A stretch of DNA of 64,000 bases from Amoebidium appalachense (GCA_963693365.1 CAVNZM010000015.1:3162001-3226000), one strand, 5' to 3'. Shown: positions 13,543 to 29,308, counted from the stretch's first letter. Made by a program: numbers and translations. The notes: a model not told the origin generated them from the letters alone.

Positions 13543-14342
13543 TTGAATGCGTCAAAAAGTACGAAGTACACAAGAACAAACGGATAACACGATGCAGAAT
13601 GCAAGCCATACATAAAGAGTATGCATAATAAGCAGAGCCCATCCTCAGGGGGGGCCCACGTCATCCACAGTACCCGAGTTTCGACCTATTCCCCTCGTTA
13701 ACGAAACCCAACTCAGATACTGTTTCACTTGAACATGAGTAGGTCACCCGTCTTGATCAGAGACGAGCAGGGTTGCTTATGCAGGCAAGGGCAGTGGGAA
13801 AGGCCGGGGGTTAAAGTTGCAGCAGTAAGCAGAAGCAAGAAAAATATAGATAGGAACTCAGGAGACGGGGCTTCTAGGAAGCTCCCCCGTCGATACCTAA
13901 GTCGATACTTCCCTGGCTAACATACTACACCAGCTGAAAAGAATTAAGTCCCGAAGGCCACAGAATTCGTAATCAGAGGGGAAAATATGAGATTTGACCC
14001 ACGCCGCAGGGTAGTAACACGCTTACTAGGGCGGAACTTTATCGTCTTCGAACGGAAAGCTATGCCCCCGGATGTCAGCCGGAAATATGGTATCACCCAT
14101 TGCTTTGGGCTTGAAAAAAGCCAAACCGATAGTCCGAGTTATGTTACGCCGGCGGGTAACATGCCGCATGGGTTCCAAGGGAGCTGTCGCCAACAGAGCG
14201 GTGTGTGCATGCGTGCGCGTAACGCAATGTGTGAAGTGTGTCTATAGCTATGAAAGGGGGTATGCAGAAGTGGACAGATGAAGTGTGTGGAGAGAAAAAC
14301 AGTAAGAAGAAAAGTAGACACCGGTATGTGCAACCCCGCACA

Positions 14343-14377
<35 letters not shown>

Positions 14378-14438
14378 AATAAGCGAAGATTACAGGTAAT
14401 CAACCAGAACAACAAATGACAAGCAAAACAACAGGCGC

Positions 14439-14472
<34 letters not shown>

Positions 14473-14477
14473 AGGAA

Positions 14478-14575
<98 letters not shown>

Positions 14576-15109
14576 GGAGAGAGGGAGAGAGAGAGAGAGA
14601 GAAGGTGGGGGGGGGGGGGGGGGGGAGGGGAGGGGGAGGGGGAGGGGGGTCTTAGGGATGCTGCAGAATCGTCAGATATTAGACAAATCGTACCAATACG
14701 ATCATTCTCTCATATATGTGAGAAGATTGTGACTAACGATGTGCAGATCTGGTTAAGACCTGTTGGGTGTGCAGAGAAAATGGGAGGGGAAGGAGGAGGG
14801 AAAGGGGGAGGGGGGGGGGGGGAAGTAAGAGAGGGGAGGGAATGTTAGAGTGTCAGTAGTCTCAGGGGACCCTGCAGAGTCGTTAGATGTCAGACAAAAA
14901 CGCACCAACGACCAAGTTCTCCGAGGGGAGAAATGCGTAAAACGTTCTGCAGAGTGGGTTAGAGACCTGCTGATGAGAAGAGTGTATACAGGGTTTGGCC
15001 AGGGGGGGGGGGGGGGGGGGGGGGGAAGGGGGGAAAAAGAAGGTAGGAGGGGAAGGGGGGGGGGGGGGGGGGGGGGAGGAGAAGGGGAAAAAAAAAAAAA
15101 AAAAAAAAA

Positions 15110-15161
<52 letters not shown>

Positions 15162-15188
15162 GAGGGAAGGGAGGGGAGGGAGGGAGGG

Positions 15189-15224
<36 letters not shown>

Positions 15225-15351
15225 CTGTGGTGGACAGATCAGAGACGAGACCTCCATTTCAAAACTTACCAGGCAACCCAAAAAAACCTAGCCGGCTGAG
15301 AAAGAAGAACGGCGGGGGAATTGTTTGGGAAAAGGAGCGGGGGGAGAGAGA

Positions 15352-15382
<31 letters not shown>

Positions 15383-18223
15383 AGGGGAAGGGGGGGGGAG
15401 AGGGGGGAGAGAGGGGGAGAGGGAGAGAGAGAGAGAGGGAGGGAGAGAACGAGAGAGAACGAAAGAGAGCGAGAGAGGGAGACAGAGAGAGAGAGAGGGA
15501 GGGAGAGAGAGGGAGAGGGAGAGAGAGAGGGAGAGAGAGAGGGAGGGGGGGGGAGGGGGGGGGGGGGGGAGGTGTAGGGGCTGGTAGGGGGGGAGGGGGG
15601 GGGGGGGTTTGAATGCGGAACACAGTACGAAGTACGCATAGACGATGAGAAGCATGATGCAGGACACATGCAAAGGCAAACATTCAAGTATGCAGCATCA
15701 GCCATGCGCACAGTATGCGTCATAAGCAGAGCCCATCCTCAGGGAGGGCCCAAGTCATCAATTGCGTCTGAGTTTCGACCCGGGGAGGGGGGGGGGGGGG
15801 GGGGGGGAACCGGGATAGAGTGGGGGACTAGGGAGTGTTGATCTTTTTAGTGATGATGGAGAGTATGTGAGAGGAGTGAACGCCACGGTATATGTGCGGG
15901 TGTGTGGCGAGAAAGCTGTGCATTTTGTGGTGCAAGAGTCTAAACGAGTAGCCTTTGTTAAGCAATGTTTTAGCAAGTCGTGCAGTGCATGTGGTGAATG
16001 CAGCAAGTGTGGAGCATTTGCGCTGGTAGCTATGCATTTGACTTGTCATGATGCCGTATTTTGCAGTGCGGGAGATGAATGAGTCGTGATGTGGGAAACG
16101 AACGATGTCTAGTGTATTGAACGTGGGTGTGTCGAGCTTGTTGTAGATGGTTGTGTGAATGCCGTGATTAGTGCAGGTGATATGCAAGTCGAGGTAGGGG
16201 ACAGAGGGGGAGGAACCGGCAGGGTTGAGTTGAAGGCTGGTCTTGGGATATAGACCGAAATCACAATCTTCTAAATAGAGGTGGGAGAGAATGCGAGGAT
16301 TATGAAGGGAGATCAAATCATCTATGTAGCGGCGAGTAAACTGAAAATCTACCAAGACATCAATGCGTTCGTGTGCAATAAGCTTGCGAACAAAATCCAA
16401 CTCATAAGTAAAGAGATAGAAATTAGCCAAGAAAACAGCACAGTTTGTACCCATGGGGATACCAATGTCCTGTTTGTAGAGGGTATCGCCAAACACAACA
16501 TATATGTTATCTACGAGGAAACATAGAAAATCCACAAGCTGTGCCTTAGAGAGATGTAGAGAGTGTTCTTTAGGCTCAAAGGAATCATCCTGGGAATCAT
16601 CATCTACACGATCCACCCAGGACAACGTGGAGCCGGTTTTCTTAATAAACATGTGTGGTTTGCGAGCGTCCGTGCATTTTTTGACAAATATTGCGTCAAT
16701 CAGTGTAGTGAGGCGAGCTTTCAAATCATGCAAGTCAATCTTGGTGTAGAGTGTGGAAAAATCAAACACAGACACGGGCGTATTTTCGTGTTGGCGTGTG
16801 GTACGGTTAAGGGCGTTGATTGTGTGTGTGAGTGCGGTGCTATCCGTGAGAATCCAAGAGCTAGTGTTGTGTGGCAGGTGGGGTTTGACAACATCACACC
16901 ACATACGTTCGACATCAGGGGAGACGAACTTAAACACACTAGTGAGAAGGCGGGAGAGAGGTTCAAGTGATGTGGCAGAGGAGTTGGCAATGAAACGGAA
17001 GGTGGGTGGTGTTTTGTGCATTTTAACTATGGCCTGAAATGTGGGCAAGCGTGCAGTGCGACGTCCTGGTGTGCCTTTTATGTCATGTGTTTTGAGAAAT
17101 GCAAGGTGTTGTGCAACAATGTCTTTTGGTGCAGTGTTGCAGACGGTGTATGTTGCGGCAGGTGCATGCAGTTCGGCTGTAATGCTGCTAACGTAGTGTT
17201 TTTTGCAGACGATCACGAACGTGTTGCTAGCTTTATCCATTGTGGTGACTACGAAACGTTTTTGGAAGCGACGCAGTAGAAGCACAGAAGCTTGTGGTAC
17301 GGTGTGTGTGTTGGGTGCGTGTTATGCATATGGCAGGAAGGGGCGACACTTAGTAAAGACGGCGGCTGCCCACGGATTCAAAGAGGGATAAGCTGCCATA
17401 CCAAGATCGTACATCTTGTTACAGAAACTTTGCAACGCCTGTGTCAATAAATTGCTACAGGTGGTGTCCTCCGTCTGCTCGACCTGCATTCGGAACTTGG
17501 TTCCAAAATGCATGAGCGATGCAAAGTCTGCGGGCAGGCCGGGAATGTCTAAGCGCGATGTAAGCACGTGTCCGTGTTGTGGGTGTACGTATGGCGCATA
17601 GTGCGGGTCGTTGCAAGGGCAGGGTTGTGCATGGATGTTTGCTATGGTGTCCTGCGGGAGTCGTGCGGTGTGTTTGCAGTTGATAGTGGTGTAGCCCAGG
17701 GTAGACACATATTTCCACACAGCAGAGATACGGAATTTACGCATTTCAAGCGGCAGGAGAGCATGTATTTCTTTGTCTTTGATGATGCGTTGCAAAGGGA
17801 TTCTATCGAGCCCGGAGTTATGAAACACAGACACCAACATCACGGGGGGGGGGGGGGGGTTACGAAGAAAGGCAAAGAACACCACCAGAAGTGATGAATA
17901 CAGGGGATGGGGAAACGTGACTTGTGGGATGAAACTCACGGCCATGTGCTATCCAATATAACGAGAGGAAAATGTAATTGTCTGCACCCAGATAGGGGAA
18001 TGTGTGGGAGGGAAAGTAGAGTAGAAGGGACGTGTGGTTGTGTAAGTACGGCAAAGGGGAAAAAAGAACAGTGGCGAAGAGGGAGGGGGAAAGGGGGGGG
18101 GGGGGGGGGGGGGGAGGGGGGGGGGGGGGGGGTGGAGCAGAAAGCAAGAGAGATAGAGAGGAAGGAGGACAAGTGGAAAGGATAGACAAGGAGAGAGCGG
18201 GAGCGGGGAACGAGGAGGGAGGG

Positions 18224-18259
<36 letters not shown>

Positions 18260-18410
18260 GGGGGGGGGGGGTTGAATGCGGAGCACAGTACGAAGTACAC
18301 ATACACGATGAGAAGCATGGGGCAGGACACATGCAAAGGCAAACATTCAAGTATGCAACATCAGCCGTGCGCACAGTATGCGTCATAAGGAAGGGGGAGA
18401 GGGGAGGGGA

Positions 18411-18442
<32 letters not shown>

Positions 18443-19421
18443 GTGCCTGTGTGTGCGAGATGAAGAGGATGGACACGAACGGCCACAACGGACACATGAA
18501 TGCTGTTGTCGCATACAAGCAAACACCCTCAAAAAACCCCGAGAGAATACTGGGCCTTATGAGCAAACGCGGAAAAAAAAAATACTAGGGAAGTATGTCA
18601 CATGAGCTGGAATAAGAGTATCATATTTTCTTCTCGAAGGCGCTAAAATGGCTTAGTGGGAGCTGTACAGGAGGGCAGTGTCTAGTGTGAACCCGTGCAC
18701 GTGTGGTTGTTTGAGTACGCGGTTGTTGGGTGCAGGGTTTGTGTGTGTGTGGGGGGGGGGGGGGGGGGGGGGGGGGGAGGATGTGTGTGGGTGTGCGCCT
18801 CAATGTGTGTCTGCATGTATATATGCGCATCATGCCTGTGTGTGTGTACGGGTACGTGCGTGTGCGCGCGAACTGCTGGTGTATGTGTGTGTGTGTGTGC
18901 GTGTGTTGTGTGTGTGTGTGTGTGCGTGCGTGCGTGCATGTGTGCATGTGAGTGTGTGTGCGTGTGTGTGTGCATCTGCGTGTCCATGTGTGTGTGTTGA
19001 CGTGTGTGTACGTACGTATATGGTGGAGTGTGTGTTCGTAAGTATGTGTAAGTAGATCTGTTTGTGTACTAGTGTGCGGTTGTGTGCATGCGCAGTCTGC
19101 TTGTGTACGTGGGTGTGTGTGTGTACATAAGTTTTTGTGTTTGTGTGTGCGTGTGCGCGCGCGCGCTTGTGTGTGCGTGTGTATATGAGTGGGTGTGAGT
19201 GTGTGTGTGTGCGAGTCCGCGTGAGCATGTGTGTGTGTGTGTGTGTGTGTGCGTGAGTCCGCGTGAGCATGCGTGTGTGTGTGTGTGTGTGTGTGTGGTG
19301 TTATGTGTGTGTGTGTGTGTGTGTGTGTGAATTTGCGTGTGTGCGAGCGTGTGTGTGTGTGTCAGGCGTGTTGGTGCGCGAACTGTAGTGCTATAGTGCT
19401 GGCACCTCGACGACCTACCAT
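5000..19421 (-). CDS. IMP4: U3 snoRNP protein IMP4 (Brix domain), 287 aa. Exons 19421-19419, 12500-12392, 11408-11325, 10275-10166, 8779-8647, 7970-7813, 7359-7265, 6093-6023, 5100-5000
   Basis: The spliced frame is continuous (864 nt, all phases match, all GT-AG): [112 protein letters not shown]. The ATG-only exon 1 (GAAG ATG|gtaggt) is inferred; exons 2-9 are secure. Confidence 0.95.
6132..6246 (-). mobile_element. 5'-truncated retro-copy, subfamily C (starts at CCC-CTGATGA-TGGGCTC, ends ...CTCTAACGCATACATT + C-run)
   Basis: Aligns by eye to 9697-9835; bounded by G-runs on the + strand at both ends. Confidence 0.8.
8970..9100 (-). mobile_element. Diverged 5'-truncated retro-copy, subfamily A-like
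   Basis: Minus strand carries CTGAGGATGGGCTCTGCTTA and the GTACTTCGTA...CATTC 3' end shared with 13541-13790. Confidence 0.7.
9697..9950 (-). mobile_element. Retro-copy, subfamily C, in IMP4 intron 4, carrying the ribozyme-like motif
   Basis: 3' end ...CGCATACATCC + C-run. Further subfamily C fragments at 6132-6246, ~7124-7200 and ~12127-12180. Confidence 0.8.
9818..9946 (-). ncRNA. Candidate non-canonically permuted hammerhead ribozyme with k-turn (subfamily C); predicted cut between 9912 and 9911
   Basis: Minus strand: GACUC..UGCU-GUU-GA-A-GCAAAGUAUGGGU-U-GGGA-[ACCAC GCGCGA GUGGU]..GAGUC-GAA-ACCCAUGCUUUUGU-U-GA-GGCA..UCCC-CUGAUGA-CA-GGCUCU. This copy has a 15-nt internal duplication. Confidence 0.7.
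12943..13097 (-). mobile_element. Degenerate 5'-truncated retro-copy, subfamily A (core mutated to CTGTGGA and CTAAAC)
   Basis: Colinear with 13541-13698. Confidence 0.85.
13541..14345 (-). mobile_element. Longest subfamily A copy (~0.8 kb, non-coding, highly structured), putative non-autonomous Penelope-like element; 5' boundary uncertain
   Basis: The 3' 200 nt are nearly identical to 50539-50747 and 54112-54265. It ends GACGCATTCAAAA + C-run, and its 5' part runs up to a (TG)n tract. Confidence 0.65.
13622..13783 (-). ncRNA. Candidate non-canonically permuted hammerhead ribozyme with k-turn (subfamily A, complete); predicted cut between 13710 and 13709
   Basis: AUAAGCA-A-CCC-UG-[CUCGUCU CUGAUCA AGACGGG]-U-GACCUA-CUCAUGUUCA-AGU-GAA-ACAGUAUCUGAGU-U-GGG-UU[UCGUUAACGA]GGGGAA-UAGGUC-GAA-ACUCGGGUACUGU-GGA-UGACGUGGG-CCC-CCC-CUGAGGA-UG-GGCUC-UGCUUAU. 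GAAA at 13682-13679, CUGAGGA at 13648-13642. Confidence 0.75.
15608..15782 (-). mobile_element. Subfamily B terminal repeat (pLTR-like), 5'-truncated at GGTCGAAAC, directly downstream of the RT ORF
   Basis: Near-identical to 44547-44720; ends TTCCGCATTCAAA + C-run. Confidence 0.85.
15828..17843 (-). mobile_element. Penelope-like retroelement RT, CxC-linker (Naiad/Chlamys-type), 5'-truncated, one in-frame TAA at 17324-17322
   Basis: A single 672-codon frame joins the two tracked ORFs. Motifs: [15 protein letters not shown] (CxC linker), [67 protein letters not shown]. No C-terminal GIY-YIG; the N-terminus is cut off at a C16 run. Confidence 0.9.
18272..18388 (-). mobile_element. Subfamily B 3'-end fragment upstream of the RT, in direct orientation to 15608-15782
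   Basis: CTTATGACGCATACTGTGCGCA...GTACTTCGTACTGTG..CCGCATTCAA + C-run. Confidence 0.85.
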
Positions 19422-20694
19422 CTTCGCTGGTTATGTGATGAAGAGCCCTCGCTGAAGCTTACGACGGAGAGAGAGCAACTAACTTGCCGCCCCAGCAGAA
19501 GTGGAACTCCAAGTAGTAAAATTTACCAAGAACGAAACCGAAGCAAAAAGGTACACAAGCCTGTGCCTACCAAGAGACTAACCACATAAAACAGGTGTCT
19601 AATCACAGTCCTTGTTGTTATGATTGTGACAAGGGAGGAATCCTTGTTAAGATGAGCGTTCGAGCTAGAAGTTTCGCAGCTGAAACAAAACCCTTCCCCT
19701 TATTACTTGGGTATGTGGTTTTCCTAAAAACCCTCCCTTCGCAGAGATGCAGCTATATAAGTTTTTTGAAACTTGTGTATGTGCACGTGGGTAGGCTGTG
19801 CCCTGTGTGATCCCCCTAGGTCGCAAATGTAGACTTTAGTGCGTAGTTTGTTTTACCTCGAATTGTGATATCTCGCGCATGGACGTCAGTTACGAAGAAC
19901 AACGAATTCGAAAGCTTTCATGTGCTCTTCTCTTATTATGATAAAATTATTTACGCCCTGTTCTATTTTATATTTTGTCATTCTTTTATTTTATCTTCTT
20001 CTTTTTACCGTAAATATTAAAGCGAAGCATAGGATATCTAACCAGGGTTATCTGACTATACTCATGAATTTTCAGATTGCAAGAGAAGTGAGCAGTAGGG
20101 CGTAGCTAGCATGCAGCAGTAGTTGCCCCCACACACCATCCCTATGTACCTCACACACAAACACAAGTCTAAACATGCACAAGCACGCGTAGTTCTCTCC
20201 ACCACACACGCACACGTAGGCACGACCAGCACGACGTGATACACGTGCGGCATGCGCACGCATGCGAGTCACGCACACACATTGACCCAAGCACGCCGCA
20301 CTCACACACTACGCAACTGCAGAAGTGTGATCGCACAACGGTTACAACTGCAGTCACACGCCGCGAGTCCAGCGTGCATACAGGCTACCGAACCTTTTTC
20401 ACGGAGTCCGACGTCTTTGTTCATACAGTGAAGTGTGAGATGGCCCTTACCGTGACCACACACATCAGCAGCACATCCACGAGCGCGTGCGCACACAAAC
20501 GCGCATGCAGCCATGCAGCCGCAAGCACGTACACACACAAGCACACGCGCGCGCACAAACACGCACACCCACACATAAGCGCGTTTACACACACGCATGC
20601 GCACACGCACACGCACAACACGCATAAGTGCATGTGCATACTCGCGCGCACACGACACCCACGAACACGCACACACGCACCCATGCACGCACAC

Positions 20695-20794
<100 letters not shown>

Positions 20795-21932
20795 CACTGT
20801 CATGCACACGTGCACACAAATGAACCCACTCAGATAAAAAGGAAACAGCTGATCGACGGGCTTGAAACGAAAACGCCAACGCAAATCGCGGAAGCGGCAA
20901 TAGCAAGTAGATACAGGCGCTTTTGATTGGATAGTAGCTTTTCAGAGCTGGCAGGGTGCGTTGTCGACCAATGGAAAAAGGTTCTCATTTGGCGAATTAG
21001 GTCAAGATGTTGCCACACATGTACATGTGTAGGCCGGTAACATGCTTGCCACACAGGAGGTTCTTTCAATGTTGCTTTATCTGTATACTACTATTATAAC
21101 TCACTATATGTACGGCTGCTCGTAGTTCAACATGAATTGTAAATCGGCTACATTGGCCTATAAATAAAGGCGTGAGCTCCCGCACCAGCTGTGCACAGGG
21201 ACGAAGGGGTGGCACCCGCCAATGTAGTATTCACGCTAAACTCTTTAGTATAGATCTGATGACTAAACGGGGCCCATGGCCCAGGATTGATTTGAGATTC
21301 CAGTGTATATATCAGTCATGTGCATTTGGTGGCGCAAATAAAGTACATACATTATTTTATTGAATACAGTACATTGTTTTTGAGTCACACTGTACATTTG
21401 TGACGCTCTTGAGCTATTTTTATAATTGCATACCAACAATGGCCAAAATTTACATTTTCTGCATTTTGGTTGTGGCACTTGGAACCCCTTTACCTTGATC
21501 AAGATTTTATTGGTTTCAAGTCACACATTTATAAATTCGTACTTCTGCAGCCGGCTTGGTTGAAAGCAGACGGCATACGCATCCCGTTTACAAACAGGAA
21601 AGGAACTGAAACAAGAGCTTTCCCACTTTCTTTTTATTATTATTATTTTGCATGTAGAGAATATTAATTTCGGATTTCGCTAAGGCGTCACACCAAACGA
21701 TTAGTTGACATCACAGCATTCAACGCATCCCCCCGAATGCATCAGAAGCCGAATGCGCCTGGCCAATGTTTCAAGTACGAGTATGGTAAGCATCTACCAC
21801 GCAAGTCCGGGGAGAAAAAAGACCATACATTGAGTGGGAAATCACAATTTCATACCATAGCTAGGTATTGAGGTTAGCATCTTTTACTCAAGCTTGTGCA
21901 TCACTCCTGTCGGCCGAACGAGACGCTGGGAA

Positions 21933-26868
<4,936 letters not shown>

Positions 26869-26977
26869 ATGGTGGGTGGGTGGCATTGTGTGCATATATG
26901 CATGTGCACGTGCGCAAGAGTGGATGTAAGCACACGCAGGGACGTATAAACTTTGAAATACGTTCCAGCATACATGC

Positions 26978-27070
<93 letters not shown>

Positions 27071-27582
27071 GCACACAACTGCGGAAGTGCATTCACGTGC
27101 ACATATGCACCCACTTTTTTTTAAGGTGCCTGTGTGCCTTTTTTAACTTCAGGCCGTCGTACTTCTCTAAATATCTAATGACCAATCGGATTGCGCATTG
27201 GTCATGTGACAAGTATTATGGGTTTGGTTTGCTTGATGATTACTAATGTACATTAGTATAGGTAAGGTGATACATAACATAAAAGCCCTCACAATAAGCT
27301 AGACTAGGGGTCGGATATCATACTGTTATGATGTTTGTGATTATAGTCCGTCGGGTCGGGGTTGAACTTTTCGTTTTCTCTCGTTACATTTTTCTTCTAG
27401 CTCTCTCTATCCCTCAAAGTTTCACCCCCCCCCCCTCTTTCTCTCTTCTTCTTTTTTTATTTTTTTATTTGGGGGGGGGGGGGGGGGGGGGGGGGTTGCT
27501 GTGTCTGTGTGTATGTGATTCTATGTTAGCCTTGAGTGTTCATCATGGTCTTCTACTGCTTCGAATCCCGGCTTAGTCTACT

Positions 27583-27644
<62 letters not shown>

Positions 27645-27881
27645 ATCGGCACCAGGCTTAACCTTAAGGTGTTTGCTAATTAGCTTGAACTATCATAGGA
27701 TCAATAGCCGGGTTGGGTACTGCGACGATATCTTTTCCCCTGCATATGTCCCACAGGGATCCTCAGTCTTCATGTTTTTGTTCACATATCTAAATTTAGC
27801 ATTAGTATGTGTTCTTGGGCCATTGATAATTCAATTTAGCTGGTGGCTGTTTGCCCTTAACGTTAGTGTGTGTCTTGTGCT

Positions 27882-27952
<71 letters not shown>

Positions 27953-29005
27953 AGTTACGTGGGGGGAGAGGGGGAGGGGGGGGGGGGGGGAGGGGGGGAG
28001 GCATGCATGCTGTGTGTTGTGTGCGTTACGACAGACAAGTACTGTGGAATTCACTCTACAGCCTTTGCCAAAGATCCCCTGTGGGTGGGTGGGTGGGTGG
28101 GGGTGGGGGGGTGGGGGGGGTCTGGGTGGGGATCCGGGGGGAAGGGGGGGGGGGGGGGGGGGGACCAAGAGTATGGTATAGAAGTGTTCATCTTCTTTAA
28201 GGGGGTTGATTTTGGGCCTATTTATTGACCACTTTTGGGTCAGGTTTAAACATAGTGTGGTGCATACCTAGCCAACCATATCGCACATTTTCCCTTCGGG
28301 TCCACCCCGACCCGGATTCCCAATTGCAAAGGAACACCCCTTTAATGAGTCAGCCGATACTGCGGGGGGGGGGGGGGGGGGGGAAGGGGGAGTACAAGTG
28401 AATGTGCAGTCGTGCTGTCAAATCTATAATAACGTGTACGTGCATGTATGTCAACCCAGTCACACTGCAAAGGGTACTCCTCACTGTTTAATATGTCGAG
28501 GTCTCCCCCCCCCCCCTTTTTTTTCCCCTCACTGTTACAACACAACATGCCGTATATCACAGGTTTGGAAAACGATGATGTATTACACACCTCGAAGAAA
28601 TAAACCCATTAGAGAAACAAAATAAACCCATTAGAGAAACAGAAATACTTCCGGTAATGGGAAATTCCAGTCAAAAATCGACTTGAACATTGCGACTTGC
28701 AACAGAAGAGAGTTAAGTACCAAGTTAAGACACTAACATTACGAGATACCATAACTCCGGCAAGCACAATACACTGCCTTAGTACATTTGTCAACATGAA
28801 TTTGAAACACACATTATTTCAGACAGTTTTTACAGAAAAACACAATCATTACGATCGAACTAGGACGTACGACTCTTCCAAACGACTTCAAGCATCAATC
28901 ATCAATGGGCTAGCCTGCAATCCGTTGATATGGCAAATTAATATAGTGGTACAAGCCACACCGTTCCAGAGAAGTACACGTCTTCAAATCTTAAATCTTT
29001 GCATG

Positions 29006-29041
<36 letters not shown>

Positions 29042-29060
29042 AGCAATCACCGTCTTATTC

Positions 29061-29091
<31 letters not shown>

Positions 29092-29126
29092 TATACAAAC
29101 TCCCTTCCCCCTGCAGTGGGAGCCCC

Positions 29127-29157
<31 letters not shown>

Positions 29158-29308
29158 AAAAAAAAAAAAAAAAAGCTTTGAAAGGGAACCTGAAAAAAGA
29201 GAAAAACAAAACGAAAGAATGACATTGCATTTCACGAAAATCCATTACAACATATTAGGAATAAATGCACTGCATAACGCTATAACCCAGATGTTCAAAA
29301 CTGAAATT

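Noticed and set aside
13628-13666. SECIS-like reading of AUGAC-GUGGGCCC..GGGCUCUGC
   Set aside because: No apical AA and no 3' GA quartet partner; these bases are better explained by the covarying k-turn helix and the CUGANGA core.
13703-13720. Plus-strand AACCCAACTCAGA, resembling the RNase P RNA CR-V/P4 strand
   Set aside because: No GGAA CR-I motif, spacing far too short, multi-copy, and not conserved in subfamily C.
17322-17324. In-frame stop in the RT as selenocysteine recoding, as described for some Naiads
   Set aside because: The codon is TAA, not TGA, in a non-motif linker; a CAA>TAA mutation or a read error is simpler.
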